Assembly (NCBI RefSeq): GCF_016432865.1
Contig: NC_067402.1
Location: forward strand, 152,582,001 to 152,645,841
Origin: Antechinus flavipes
Lineage: Eukaryota
DNA length: 63,841 nt
Direction of reading: 5' to 3'
Shown here: positions 14,301 through 27,300 of the stretch, one piece after another
Layout: the number at the start of each line of letters is the position of its first letter
Position numbering within the stretch: position 1 is the first letter of the stretch
Translations under genes and position numbers: made by a program
The notes under the pieces: generated by a model
What the model was told of the DNA's origin: nothing
What the model saw: the letters and a program-made list of their open reading frames with translations, nothing else
Database searches by the model: none

Positions 14301-16179
14301 AATGAAATCTCAGATTTCTACAATCAACAAAGTATTAAGAGTTATGAGTATTAGAGTAACCACAAGCTATTTTTACCAATGATGAATTTTTGCCTAAATA
14401 ATGTGAAAACAGATAGACATTTACTTGAAAGAAAATTATTTGGGCCTGTCATACATAGGGTTAGAGGGAAATTACTGGTTAACTACATTGGAATCATGGA
14501 TTCTACTCTAATTGCCTTATTTCTAAACCTCCATGTGGGTCTCAAATCTGCATCATTCTCTTTGTCTAATCATGTTCTTCCACATTCACAACTTTTCGGA
14601 TGAAATTTTAACCATCAACTCAAATTTAAAATACAAAAACTGTTCTTGACATCCTCTTCTATTGCCATTTGGATGATTGTAATTTCAGTTCTTCTGAGAC
14701 CCTAGCTTTTCTTTTGATGGGATTACTTATTTTCATATGAATGACTAGAAGTTGGCAGTGGTTGCCTAATAAATCTTTGTAGACTCACCATACAGCCCTG
14801 AATATATAGAGCTGAAAAACAGTAGATTTGAGTGTGCATGTGTATTTTTACATGTCAAAAGCTAACTAAATATAGCAGATAAAAGCACAAAGAGCAGGAT
14901 GTCTAGATTTCTCTTCTTAAACTATTCTTTTATACTGAGTTACTAACCAATTATATTTAAAGAAGAGACAGGGAATTAGGTGAGTCTTTCATGCAACAGA
15001 GCAGGCCATCTTTGGAAATATATCATTTTAAACTTTTCCTGTTTATTTCTTTGTTCCTTTCTGTTATGTATGTTGCCAAGAAAGTCATGGACTATGTTCT
15101 ATTGTTATACAAAGTCTTGGGAATAAATAATAGTACTGTTTCTATTGTTGTTTTTGTTAATGAAAATAATAATAACTGAAAATTATATCTTTTACATTTC
15201 CCTACGTACTTTGCATAAATTGTAATACTTGAACTTTACAATAGAAACACAGAGTTAGAAGGGACCTCTAATGTAACCTAATCCAATCTCTTTACTTTTT
15301 AGATGAGGAAATAGAGTTTCAGGAACATTAACTGACATGTCCAGGGTCTAATAGGTAGTCAGTATTTGGAGTAAGATTTGTCTTCTTTCCACTGTTATGT
15401 CATTTTATAGGTATTATAATTATTGTGCACATTTAACTCAAGAGAAAAATGAATGTCAGGATAAGATAGTGACTTGTCCATGATTGTATAGATAAAGGAG
15501 TATCAGAATCAAAATTTAAATCCACTTTTTTTTCTGACAGCTGTTATGCCAAGCTGCCTACCAACTAGAGCATTTAGGAAAAGATAGCGTAAAAAGATCA
15601 GCAATAGTGTCATCGTTAATATTTTATGATCTCTCTCCTACTCTATCAGAGATTGTGATAGCCTGATGTGATGGAATAACATTCCTCAAGTATCACAAAC
15701 TAGAGATTTTGTAATTATCTGAACCCCATCTTTCCCCCTCCTTATTTTTCTATTGAATATCTCCATAAGTCCTATTTCTTTCTTTCTAACATCTCTAATT
15801 GACACTTTTCTCATCCTTCCTATTGTGCCTTTTCTCCTACAACAGTTTCTCAGCTGATGTCCTTTTCTTCAGTCTCATTTTCTTCCAATCTAAACTATTA
15901 AGTTGATCTCCCTAATACACTGCCTTCATGTTACTTCTCAACTGAGAAATCAATTGCCAATCAAATCAGAATGTCCAAATTACAGAAAAAATGAAATCCT
16001 AGTGCTGTAAGGAGAATGTCAGTGGCCATCTAATCTAACCACCCTCCCCCAAAAAATTTCCATAACAGCCCTTCACCATGACCTTTACTTGAAGATCTCC
16101 AATGAGAGGAATGTCTAAGGCAGGGCATTTCAAGTATAGTGCATAATCAAGAAGAGTTTTTCCCCTTTAATTAGGCCTA

Positions 16180-16702
16180 TGTGGGACATTGATCCTTACC
16201 TAAATTAAAATCAGATACTATCAAGGTAAAAAAAAAAAAGATTTATTAAGATCTTGGGGAAAAGGAGTAACTCCCACAGATAAGGTGTCTTCAATAGAGG
16301 AGTGCAAAGCACAAGCTACAAACACAAGATTATATAGACCCTAATGTGGAAAACTCCACACCCTTTTGACCTTTTTTCCATTGACTGGGGACTCCAGGCT
16401 TAAATTCTTTATTTTTATTTTATTTATTTTATTTTTTGCTGAGCTATTTGGGTTTAAGTAACTTGCCCAGGATCACACAGAGCTAGGAAGTGTTAAGTGT
16501 CTGAGACCAAATTTGAACTCGGGTTCTCCTAACTTAAGGGCTAGTGCTATAAACAATAACATTCAAATTTACCTAGAGACTAACAAATCTTCAAGGTCCA
16601 GTCCAAGATCACAACCTTCCATTCTTTAAGGTCCTCTGTCCCTCCCAGCTACTCATGCAATGGAATAAGATTTAGAGGAAGTATTCTAGCATATTTAGTA
16701 CA
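16180..16702 (-). mobile_element. Probable solo LTR interrupted by a SINE
   Basis: Starts tgtgggac on +; tttatt (AATAAA on minus) at about 16242 and tatata at about 16331 in LTR-like order; right boundary uncertain, no TSD confirmed. Confidence 0.45.
16405..16550 (-). mobile_element. 5'-truncated WSINE1-type SINE
   Basis: T-rich tail then ttttgctgagctatttgggtttaagtaacttgcccagg...atttgaactc (reverse B box). Confidence 0.85.
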
Positions 16703-17049
16703 TCCTTTTGGGAGGATCTAAAAAAGAACATAATCAAAAAGCAGATGTAAAAATAATTTATGAATTCTGTTAATGAAAGAAATACTTCCATGGATAATAT
16801 CAAAGATTCATTGACAGTTATGGATGGAAGATTTAGTTCAAGAACTTATTGCTTTCTCCTACATGTTTGCTATTTAAATTATGATAATAATAAATAAACA
16901 GCAATTATAATAATTAATTAACAATAACATCTACATAATTTTAAGATTTACAAAACATTTTCCTTATAAAACCCCAATGATGTAAAAATAGCAATTTTTA
17001 TTATGTTGTTTTAGTGATGATGTTAGGGTTCATCTTTATTTCTTTAGAT

Positions 17050-17377
17050 TTCTTTGGACTAGGTGAAAAAGGAGATTCTTTGCCTCAATTGCCACCTAGC
17101 CTTAATCATTGAATGGATATAGTCTCAGTCAAACTGAGATTTTTTGAAGACCTTATCTTAAAAAGGCCAACATCTACCATTTTACCTGGGGTCATATCCA
17201 GTCTTCTTGATCTGCAACTTGCCACTGGACCCAGACAGCTCTGGAGGTGGGGAGAGGAGGGAAGTGAGGCAGGTGATCTTGCACAGTCCTCCCTTACTTA
17301 AATCCAATTCACCTGGATGTCATGGCATCACCTTCCTGGTGTCATGGTCCTCTTCAAGAATGAAGGACAAACAACCT
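17050..17377 (+). mobile_element. WALLSI-type (RTE-tailed) marsupial SINE
   Basis: cctagccttaatcattgaatgg...cttgccactggacccag...acttaaatccaattcac...gtcatggtcctcttcaagaatgaaggacaaacaac is the typical RTE-mobilised SINE body and tail. Confidence 0.75.
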
Positions 17378-18104
17378 CAACATATCTCTAAAATTTGGGA
17401 CAGTTCTTACATATAGTAGATAATTAAGCAAATTTGTTGAATTGTATTGAACAGAATTATATATATATACATATATATATTTTCTATCTTTTCCAGTGTC
17501 AAACATAATTCATAATTATGGGAAGACATGATTGCAAAATGCACAGAATATTGGATCTGGAATGAAGAAAACCTGCATTAAAAACTTCACCAGATATTAG
17601 TATTACCCAAAGCAAGGAAATTTTATTTCAGTTTCCCTCATCTGCAAAATATGGAATGACAATAGAACCTACCTCCAAGGATCATGGGGAGGAAAAAAAA
17701 TGATGTTTGCATAGTTTTTACCAATCTTCAAGCACATATACATTAGCTATTATTAGTAATAATAAAGTATTTTATGTTATTTATAACATAAATTGATTTT
17801 AAATTAATTTTAGGTATTCATTTTTCATAATATCAGTACTTTCCTTATAATTTCTATCTTCTAGATGTAATTTCTTTTCATGAGTAGGAAAGAGAAGAGG
17901 TTGCAATAGAAAGAAGTAGATGCCATCTTTCATGAAGCTTTCTGAGCACTATATTATTGAGGCTAAACTAAGCATAAATAAATATATTTTATTTTCTGTT
18001 TGCAATCTGTCAATCTTCTGTATAGAAATTATATTTTCTGGTGATGATCAGACACTTCTTAGAATGAAAATACACAGTACAATTTTTGAAAATACACATT
18101 TCTG

Positions 18105-19212
18105 TACATAGAGAATTGACTCTAATTTATAAGAAATCAAACCATTCTTCAATTCATAAATGGTCAAAGGATATGAACAGACAATTCCTAGACAAAGAAA
18201 TTGAAACTCTTTCTAGCCATATGAAAAGATGCTCCAAGTCATTATTAATCAGAGAAATGCAAATTAAGACAACTCTGAGATACCACTATACACCTGTCAG
18301 AATGGCTAGAATGACAGGGAAAGATAATGCGGAATGTTGGAGGGGATGTGAGAAAACTGGGACACTGATACATTCTTGATGGAATTGTGAATAAATCCAG
18401 CCATTCTGGAGAGCAATTTGGAACTATGCCCAAAAAATTATCAAATTGTGCATACCCTTTGATCCAGCAATGTTACTACTGGGCTTATATCCAAAGAAAT
18501 CCTAAAGAAGGGAAAGCAACCTGTATGTGCAAGAACATTTGTGGCAGCCCTCTTTGTAGGGGCCAGAAACTGGAAACTGAGTGGATACCCATCAATTGGA
18601 GATTGGCTGAATAAATTGTGATATATGAATAGTATGGAATATTATTGTTCTGTAAGAAATGACCAGCAGGATGATTTCAGAAAGGCCTGGAGAGACTTAC
18701 ATGAACTGATGCTGACTGCAATGAGTAGGACCAGGAGATCATTATATATTTCAACAACAATACTATATGATGATCAATTCTGATGGACATGGCCATCTTC
18801 AACAATGAGATGAACCAAATCAGTTCCAATAGAGCAGTAATGAATTGAACCAGTTTTACCCAGTGAAAGAACTCTGTGAGATGAATGTGAACCACTACAT
18901 AGAATTCCCAATCCCTCTATTTTTGTCCACCTGCATTTTTTATTTCCTTCACAGGCTAATAGTACACTATTTCAAAGTTTGATTTTTTTGTACAGCAAAA
19001 TTACTGTATGGACACATATACATATATTGTATTTAAACTTATACTTTAACATATTTTACATGTATTGGTCAATCTGCCATCTGGAGGAGGGCGTTGGGGT
19101 AAGGAGGGGAAAAATTGGAACTAAAGGATTTGTAACTGTCAATGCTGAAAAATTACCCGTGCATATATCTTGTAAATAAAAAGCTATAATAAAAAAAGAG
19201 TGAGAAAAAAAA
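18105..19212 (+). mobile_element. 5'-truncated L1 (ORF2 C-terminus + 3'UTR)
   Basis: Encodes KWSKDMNRQF..HMKRCSKSLLIREMQIKTTLRYHYTPVRMA..CWRGCEKTGTLIH (L1 ORF2 cysteine-rich end, with frameshifts); G-rich 3'UTR, AATAAA, A tail; 17-bp TSD 18088-18104 / 19213-19229 (14/17). Confidence 0.95.
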
Positions 19213-19511
19213 GAAAATGCATGTTTCTGAACACTAAGTAATAAACCTGATTTTAATTGAACATTCATATTTTCCAATCAAAATAGTTTGAGGTATTTTC
19301 AGTATGGACACCTCCAATTCAAGTAGCATAAATGCAAAATGATCCATAATTTGTAGGCATCTCAAGCTGCATCATGACAATGATTTGTCTAAGAATTGGC
19401 TTTTATTTGTGGCAAGAACAGTGGACTCAAAATTAATACTTCAGATTCTGCCACTGTCTACAGATCAGACAGCACTACTCTCACCAAAACTTATGATTGG
19501 AAGGGATTGGT

Positions 19512-19544
<33 letters not shown>

Positions 19545-19846
19545 TTTTTGCTATTAGTCTAGACACAGCTTGCCTACAACCATAAAACAGGCACTTTGTC
19601 TGAATTATCTGGGAAAAAAATGCTGCTAACGTCTGCCTTATTGCCAGAATGGGAAATAATTTGTTCTGTGCACTCAGAGCATCTGGCTCTGTTATATAGT
19701 GTCAGCTTTTGCTCCCTGGCTGAGGAAACTTTAGAAACAAAAGAAATGGTAAGGATGGAACTAAGAGGCAGGTTTGAGAGTGGCTGACAAATGACCACTT
19801 TTATAACTAAAAAGATCAGTCACTTCCAATGACCAAATGGACAGAG

Positions 19847-19878
<32 letters not shown>

Positions 19879-20979
19879 AAGTAAATTGATTATTTGCATT
19901 ATAAATAATCTTCAGTGTACCTTCCATTTAAATTATTACTGATGTGGTCTTCTCTTCTACTTAAGTATTTGATTGAGGAACTAGCATGCTCCACTGGAAA
20001 AAAATGCTGAATTTGAATTCAGAGCACCTAATCTCAAATGTAGGCTTTTCTACTTATCTGAAAACCTTGGATAAGTTATTTACCTTCTTTGAGACTTAGT
20101 TTCCTTGTTTATAAAGCAAAGAGTTTGGATTATGTAGCTTCTATGTTTCCTCCTATTTCTAAATCTATGATCCCTATGATTATAAAATAAAATCAAGAAA
20201 CATTTAATAAGCATTAATGTATAGAATATGCAATATTATGTGGCCTTAATTTTTTTTTACTATGTGTATTTTTTCAAGGACTTTCTTGTAATTGTTGTTT
20301 TCTTTTTTCATTTAGGATGGTCCATGTGGAAGGAAAAGAAAATGGTTATTAATTGAAAATGAATTAATTTCTTAAAATGTTATTTTTTCCCTAGATCCTC
20401 GTGAGTTTGAAATTTTTTCACTTCAGCAAGAATTGCCTACTTCCTCTAGGAATTACCTGTATAAAAGTCATAATCTGATGGATATCTCATCATGGAGTGC
20501 AAGTTTCTTGAAGGGTATGCCAATTGAATTAAACTCTGGCAAATCCTTTCAAGCTAGAAATGTTTTAAATTTAGTACTGGTGACAGATTTGGCCTGCTTT
20601 TCAAGGATTAGCCTAGCTAAGCAAAAAAAGGCTTATCACTCATAGGTGATGAATTATTTGCTCATAGCAACCCATAAAACAAAGAAAAATAAAAAGTGAT
20701 CCTCAGACATGTGTGGTTCTTTCCTGAATTAGAAGAGCTGAAAAAGTCAAGAAATACAATGAATTAAATTTGTTTTTAGATTATCTATATACAACAGTTT
20801 AAGTATTGTTTTCTAAAACTGAGATTCTTGTCAAATGACCAATGCTCAAAGAATATTTTAAAAATCTTAAAGGAAGATCTCTAGCATATTGGGGAGAGCC
20901 ATTGTGACAGATTTATGGAAGAAAAAAACATAAACATGAATCACACAGAATGATCAGGATGCATTCTGTTCCATTAGGC

Positions 20980-21167
20980 TAAAGGTTTCTTGACCAGAAT
21001 TCATGAACTTTCTTTTAAAAATTTTTATCTCTTCCAATACACTTGATTTTGTTCATAATGCTATTTATTTTATTTTATTAATTTAAAAATATCATTCTAA
21101 GAAAAAATGAAACAGGTCTCTTCAAATTGCCAAAGGAATACGTGACATAGAAAAGCTTCAGCACCCT
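20980..21167. mobile_element. hAT-type MITE relic
   Basis: ggtttcttgacc..ttcatgaac...ctgccaaagg..tacgtgaca..gaaaagcttcagcaccct with an AT-rich interior and degenerate terminal inverted repeats. Confidence 0.45.
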
Positions 21168-23889
21168 TACATTGAGCACAACAGTCATACTAAAAAAATG
21201 TTAGGTCCCTTGAACATTAAAATTTACTATAAGCATCCAGCTCCATTTTAATCTGATTCTCTCCTTCAGCTAAAGTAATGCAATCCATTCTTAGAATTGA
21301 ATGTTAACTAGGTCAAAATAATGAAAAACCTTTATAAGGCATGACTTCACAATTGTTCTATTCCATTTATAGTTTGTTGGGTTTTTTTTGGGGGGATTGG
21401 GCAGATAGGGATGGAACATGGAGCAAGGTTGTTCATTCCCAAATTGTATATTTTTCTCTAAAGTATAGAGACTGTTCCTCCAAGCTACATACAACTGGTC
21501 TCATTATAGTACACTCAAATCTCATATTTGTATTCATTAGACTCAAATATAAAGCATTTAACAAGAGAAAATATAAGATGTTTATACATTACTTATATTT
21601 GTTTAATTTTATATAACTTTGGAGCTTCTTTTCTGGTTTTTGCACCAGTCTTGAGATTTCTTGGTCTTAAGCTCAGGTTCTTAACTGCATTTCATGAACC
21701 AGGTGGGGTAACATAACTGAATGTGGGGGTTGAAATATTATGAAATATATGAAAAAAATATTATGAAATATTAGTAAATGTTTGATTTGTATATCTGTCT
21801 TATTTCCTTTATACCCTGAGTCATGTAAAAATGTCTTGACCTGAAAGGGATCATGAGTAGTAAAAGTTTAAGAAGACTTTTTCTGACAGTAGAGAACTTC
21901 TGGGGCCAAAGGAGATTGTGACATCTAGACTTAGAGAGTATCTTAGGACAATAAGAATTAAGTGATTTATTTAGAGCCACAAATCCAATATATATCAGAG
22001 ACATGATGTTTCTAAAGATTGCTTTATCTTCTGTTGTCTCTCTGACTTTTCAAAGTACTTTCATAACTCTGATTTCCTTTATTCTAAAATCAGTTTTGTG
22101 GACCTCTGTTTTATAATAAAAGCAAAAATGACAAAAGGGAAAGAGAGCCGGCCTCCAGGTATAAAAAACCTACATTTAAATTTTGTCTTAGACTTAACTA
22201 TCTTTATCACCTTGGACCAATCACCCAAACTCTCAATATTCCAGGTAAATTCTTTATAAATTATGGTGTAGTTCCCTGCCTAAACTGATAGAAAAGATTT
22301 CCTTAGCAAAAATTACAAATAAAGATAAAATTACAAATTCAACTTTCTTCCCCTCCAAAAGGGAAACTGGCACATTTTTTGACTTTCGCAAGACTAGGCA
22401 AATCATTAGCAAGAGAATCCCATTTCTCTTGAACTACAATCTATTTTTCTCTCCATGGCCATCTCAATAGTATTCATTTCATCACCAGCTAAAGAAAGAA
22501 GACAGATGAGCAAGAATAGAATATCCTGTTGTGCTTTGGCTTGTAATACAGAGAAATATTACCAACTCTGGTTTCATTTGAAAATGAATGGACTTAACCA
22601 CATTCGTAAATTTAAATATTGTTATTTAAATTTTCTGTCTCTAAACGTCCATGTACACATTAGAATGATTTGGCCATTCATTTTTCAGAAATGTCCAATT
22701 TAAACATTTTGTAAAGTCCTAGTCTTTTTGTTCTCAAGACATGTTAAAATCTGTCTAAGTTTATACATGAACTTGGCAGGCTCCTGAGTCCTTTGTGGAC
22801 AATTTGTTAAGAGCAAAAACTTCTATATAATTTGAAGAGAATCTGGCTCTTTGGACATGTACTAGAACAGCAGGGCATGTTTCAGGTCAAAACTAATATA
22901 GTTTGGCAGAATTGCTTAAAAAGTTTGTGCAGCATCTGTTTGGGCTGTGCTTTGATCTGCATAGTTTTTCACTTTTATATTCACTTTCAGGAAATCTAAC
23001 CAATAAATTTAAAAAATAGTTATCTCCTATCACATCATGCAAAAGGGAATGGAACTATGGTAATTCTCAGGTTGGACACTTCATTGAGTTTAGATGCTTG
23101 AAAAAAAAATTTTTTTTCACTGACTTCCTATATTCCCCTATTTAGGATAGGAATGAAAACATGGTACTTCAACAAGTTTTCTAATGGAGTTAAATCAGCA
23201 TTGGGCAATGTTCTGACTTAAAAATTTCAGAGAAACAGGAAATTCTTCTAACAGCTGATCTATATCAAAAATGGTTAAAACTTCACGTTTGTTTGAAAGC
23301 TTGGATTCTCTTACTGGAGTAATGTAGCAAGGCAAAAGTCAATCCTGACATTAACCCCAATTTGGTTGCTTGTTTTTTTTTTTTTTAAATTAAAACTATA
23401 TTTAAATTATCATCAGAGAACAAAAAGAATTGTACCATATTTTGTGTGATATTTGACATCATAGGGTATATTTTAAAACCAATGTCCTAGTATGATTAAT
23501 TGCTTATTCTTTTTATTTCTTTAGCTACATGCTCATTCCTATCATCAGGCTAATTTTAATTTAAGAAGATTAAGTTGAATAATAGTTTGCATACTTGATG
23601 AATGACTGTGAGAGATTTAGCAATGTAACTGCCTTGTTCTTTGCCTCTGACACAGTCTGTATCTTCTTGGACTGCTTTCTTTAACAGGGAACTTAGGTCA
23701 GGCTTCAACTTGGAAAGGCATGATCCTAGATAGAGGCTTATGGGTGGAGACTAATACTATTACTGGCCCCTGTATTTTGGGATATGAACTAACTCAATAT
23801 GTAGAGAAACAGACAAATGGATTTTCATGAGAAGACATCTCCCAGGAAAAGACAAGATAAAAAACTATCTGACAGAGCAACAAAAATGC

Positions 23890-24321
23890 TCTTTTCTTTT
23901 CCTTTTCTCTTTCTTTTTCCCATCTTCTCTCCTTATCTCCTCTCACCTCTTCTTTATCTTTTATCTCTTCTTTCTCTGTTTCTTCTCTTCTGTTAATCTT
24001 TTTATGTCTCTATTTTTGTATGTCTATGTCTCTCTGCCTCTGTTTCTGTCTCTATATATCTCTATCTCTCTATATATCTCTTTTCTCTGTCCCATCTCTG
24101 TTTCTGTCCCTGTTCATTATTTCTCTCTTGTTTTCTCTCTCCCTTTCCCTTTTCTTCCTTCCCTCCTTTTTCTCTTTCTCTCTCTGCCTCCACATCTCTT
24201 TCTGTCTCTGTCTCTGTCTTTGTCTCTCTCTATCTCTGTCTATGTGTGTCTCTTACCTTTCTCTCTTTAAATGTCTCTGCCTTTCTATGTCTCTGCCTCT
24301 GTGGGTGTCTCTGTCTCTGTG

Positions 24322-24357
<36 letters not shown>

Positions 24358-24358
24358 T
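23890..24358. repeat. Long CT-rich low-complexity tract ending in (CT)n(CA)n
   Basis: About 470 bp pyrimidine-rich on +; it produces the spurious Leu/Ser/Phe ORFs 23827..24270 and 24020..24367. Confidence 0.95.
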
Positions 24359-27300
24359 CTGATGTGATGAATTAATCATCAAATAACACTAGGTCAGCAG
24401 CCTCAGAGCTAAGCTCCTGGAATCTTCTGAAAAATCTTTCAGTGAACTTGGAAGAAAAGGCTGTTGTCAAAGAGTAGTATTTCTATGCTCCTAACTAGTT
24501 TTTATTGGAAAAGCCCTGTAGCCATTTTTGTTGGGTATAAGGAAGTAATTCTCTTAATTAGCTGCAGCTGTGAAGATAGTAATCGCTTTTACCTCACTGC
24601 CAACAACATACTGTATGTAATTTCAAGATGTAAAGAGTACTCCTTGGCTCTTCCTGAATTGAAATGGCAGTCAACTTCTGATTGCTGTCAGCCTGAATTA
24701 TACATCTTGTCCATAGAATCAACCATTTTTCATTCATTTTGGTTTGAAATCAGCAATATCATGATCAGATTCATTAATAATGTAAATAAGCTATAGATTT
24801 GACAAAAGTTTTATTATTCATTGTATATAGCACCTATAAATTCCTTTAGTTTTTAGGTATCTAATTCAAAAATTAACTGGAAAACCATATATTTCTTCAC
24901 TGTAAATAAATTCAAAAGCACTCTACTGATATAAGCTACTGCTATTACAACAATAGCTATGAATTACATGGTTTTCATTGACTGAAGGAATGTTTCATTT
25001 AGTAAAATTATAAAGAGAAATAACATCTAGCCTAGATTGCCCTTCGATAGTGGATTATCCAGTACATTTAGGGAGAAAGGCTTTCTAGTCTTCTCTTAAA
25101 TGGTTCAACCAAGAAAAAATATAAAACTTTCCTAATTACCCCATCCCAGTCTCTTGTCACCTCTCCAATCAAATACTTTTTTTTTTCTTTTAGTTTATCT
25201 GAGATCTCAAGATGTCTTTTATTTTGGTGGAGAGGAGACTGTAGCAAAGCAGATTAAGTGGTAGACTTAGAATCAGAGATACCTCCATTCCAATTCTGCT
25301 TGCACACTTACTAATCACATGGCAACAAGATAGACAACAAATCTCTCTCTGCCTCAGTTTCTTCATCTGTCAAATGAGAATAAGAAAACCATATAGCTCA
25401 CAGGAGTACCACAACTATCAAATAGGATATTTTTTCAATGGCTTGCAAACATTATTTTTATTATCTTGTTAAAAATCTATTTCAGGCTGGTTAATTATAT
25501 ATATATATATATATATATCTTTAATTAGCTTTACGTATCATATTACAGATTTGGAAACTGAGGCATGGAGGATTCAAGTGAGTTACCTAAAAATTCATAG
25601 TCAATTTTGTGATATAATGAGGAATAGAATTAAAATCCTCCCAGGTCAGTGCTATCTCTGCCAGTGCTACAAACACACTGATTCTTAATTAAATGAAAGT
25701 CACAATCTTGACTGAGAGCCTACTAGGTGTAAAAAAGCTCTTTATAATCAGCTAGAGAGATGGTATCACAGTGATTTACCCAGAACAATTTGGAATACCA
25801 CCCTGTTGTCTTTTTACCCAGACTAGAATGGAATGGTTGAGGGTTTTTTTTGAAGGTAAAAGTGAGAACCTATATTTTTCTCTGGGATTGTCAAAGAATA
25901 TTTCAAAAAGAATTCTTTAATTACAAATCCCTTTTTCTTTTCCTTTTAGGCTTGAAGAATGAGTATATATAAGCTCTATCTTTCTTAGAAATTAGATCCC
26001 TTTCCATCTGTTTTTCATCTGAAATCATTCTTTTATCCCAAACACAGGACCACTATTAGAGTTGTTTTGCTTCATTAATTAATTTTCATTTTTGCATGCC
26101 TAATTCAGAATAATCTGCAATTACCCTTAATGTAAATGACTCCCTCCTCTCTCTTCTAAAAGATGTGAAAAACTTGAAATGACTTTTGAGAAGAAATTAA
26201 TATATCCTGGAAATCATTCAAGTATCTTGAAAATAAGGTCAATTAGAACTGTATCCTATGTGTCCAAATTAGTTTGAATCTAATGAATTTCATATATTCT
26301 AGTTCAGGGTAGAAATAAGGCATGATACTTGGGCTGTTTACACTTGCAAAATGAAGGGGGAAATGAGGTGATTATCAAAACATTGTGAAAAAATCATTAA
26401 AATGAGCATTCTTCCCTTAATTATTTGAATATTTCAGGCCAAAATATTTTACATATTGAATCACCAGCTAATTTTTGGAAAGTTTAAAAAAATCCTAGAA
26501 TTTTGCAAATACAACTTGGCTTGTGTTAATATATTTAATATAAAAATCAGGACACCAAAACATGGGGATTATTTTGTCTTTATAATTACACTGATGAAAC
26601 TGCTGATCTGGATGTGATTAGTCAGAAAATTAAACTGAAAACTTCACAAAGTTTTGTCTTTGACCCAGTGTACCACTGTTCTATTTGATTTACAATTTTG
26701 ACAGTGCTTGTTCTGCTTTCTCCTCTTATTTTGTCACTTAAATTCCATACTTGAAAATTTTCATATCTTTATAAAATACTTAGGAGGGAATTTGTTGAGA
26801 AAAATCAGAGCATCTTTTAAATGATCCAAAAATGTTCAAAAAGGCAAAATTCTGTCCCTCATTCTTGACACTTGAAATGCTCTCCCTTCCTAATTCTCTT
26901 GAAAAGTTCCCCATTCTTCAAAGCTTAGCTTAAATCAATCTCCCTCAATGGAGTCTTCCCTGAATTCTTTTGATAACAATCTCTCTCTCTCTTTCATCTG
27001 ATCTCAGAGCACTTTGCAGGAGTCCCTTGAGTATATTTTTTCTCATATGTTTATTAATATTATAAATAAAGTATCTGAGTATAATTACTTCACTTATGGC
27101 ATATTCCTTGAGAAGGACCAAATCTTAACTTTTGCTCAACACATCTACTCCTGAAGCTGTAATAAAAGGTGACAATAAATATTTTGAGTGAATGGTATTT
27201 TTCACTGATCAAGGCACACTTGAGAAAATGTTATATTTGTTATTTTCCATTTATGAAAAGGAAATATAATTACTTTGTTCCTGTTTTTAAAAGTCATTTG

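Noticed and set aside
20308-20350. Possible short plus-strand exon (DGPCGRKRK)
   Set aside because: Weak donor, and the sequence resembles an old L1 3' tail.
23688-23830. Acceptor followed by a 46-codon open frame
   Set aside because: No convincing donor and no recognisable product.
23827-24367. Longest ORFs in the window (147 and 115 aa)
   Set aside because: Artefacts of the CT-rich tract, which cannot contain stop codons.
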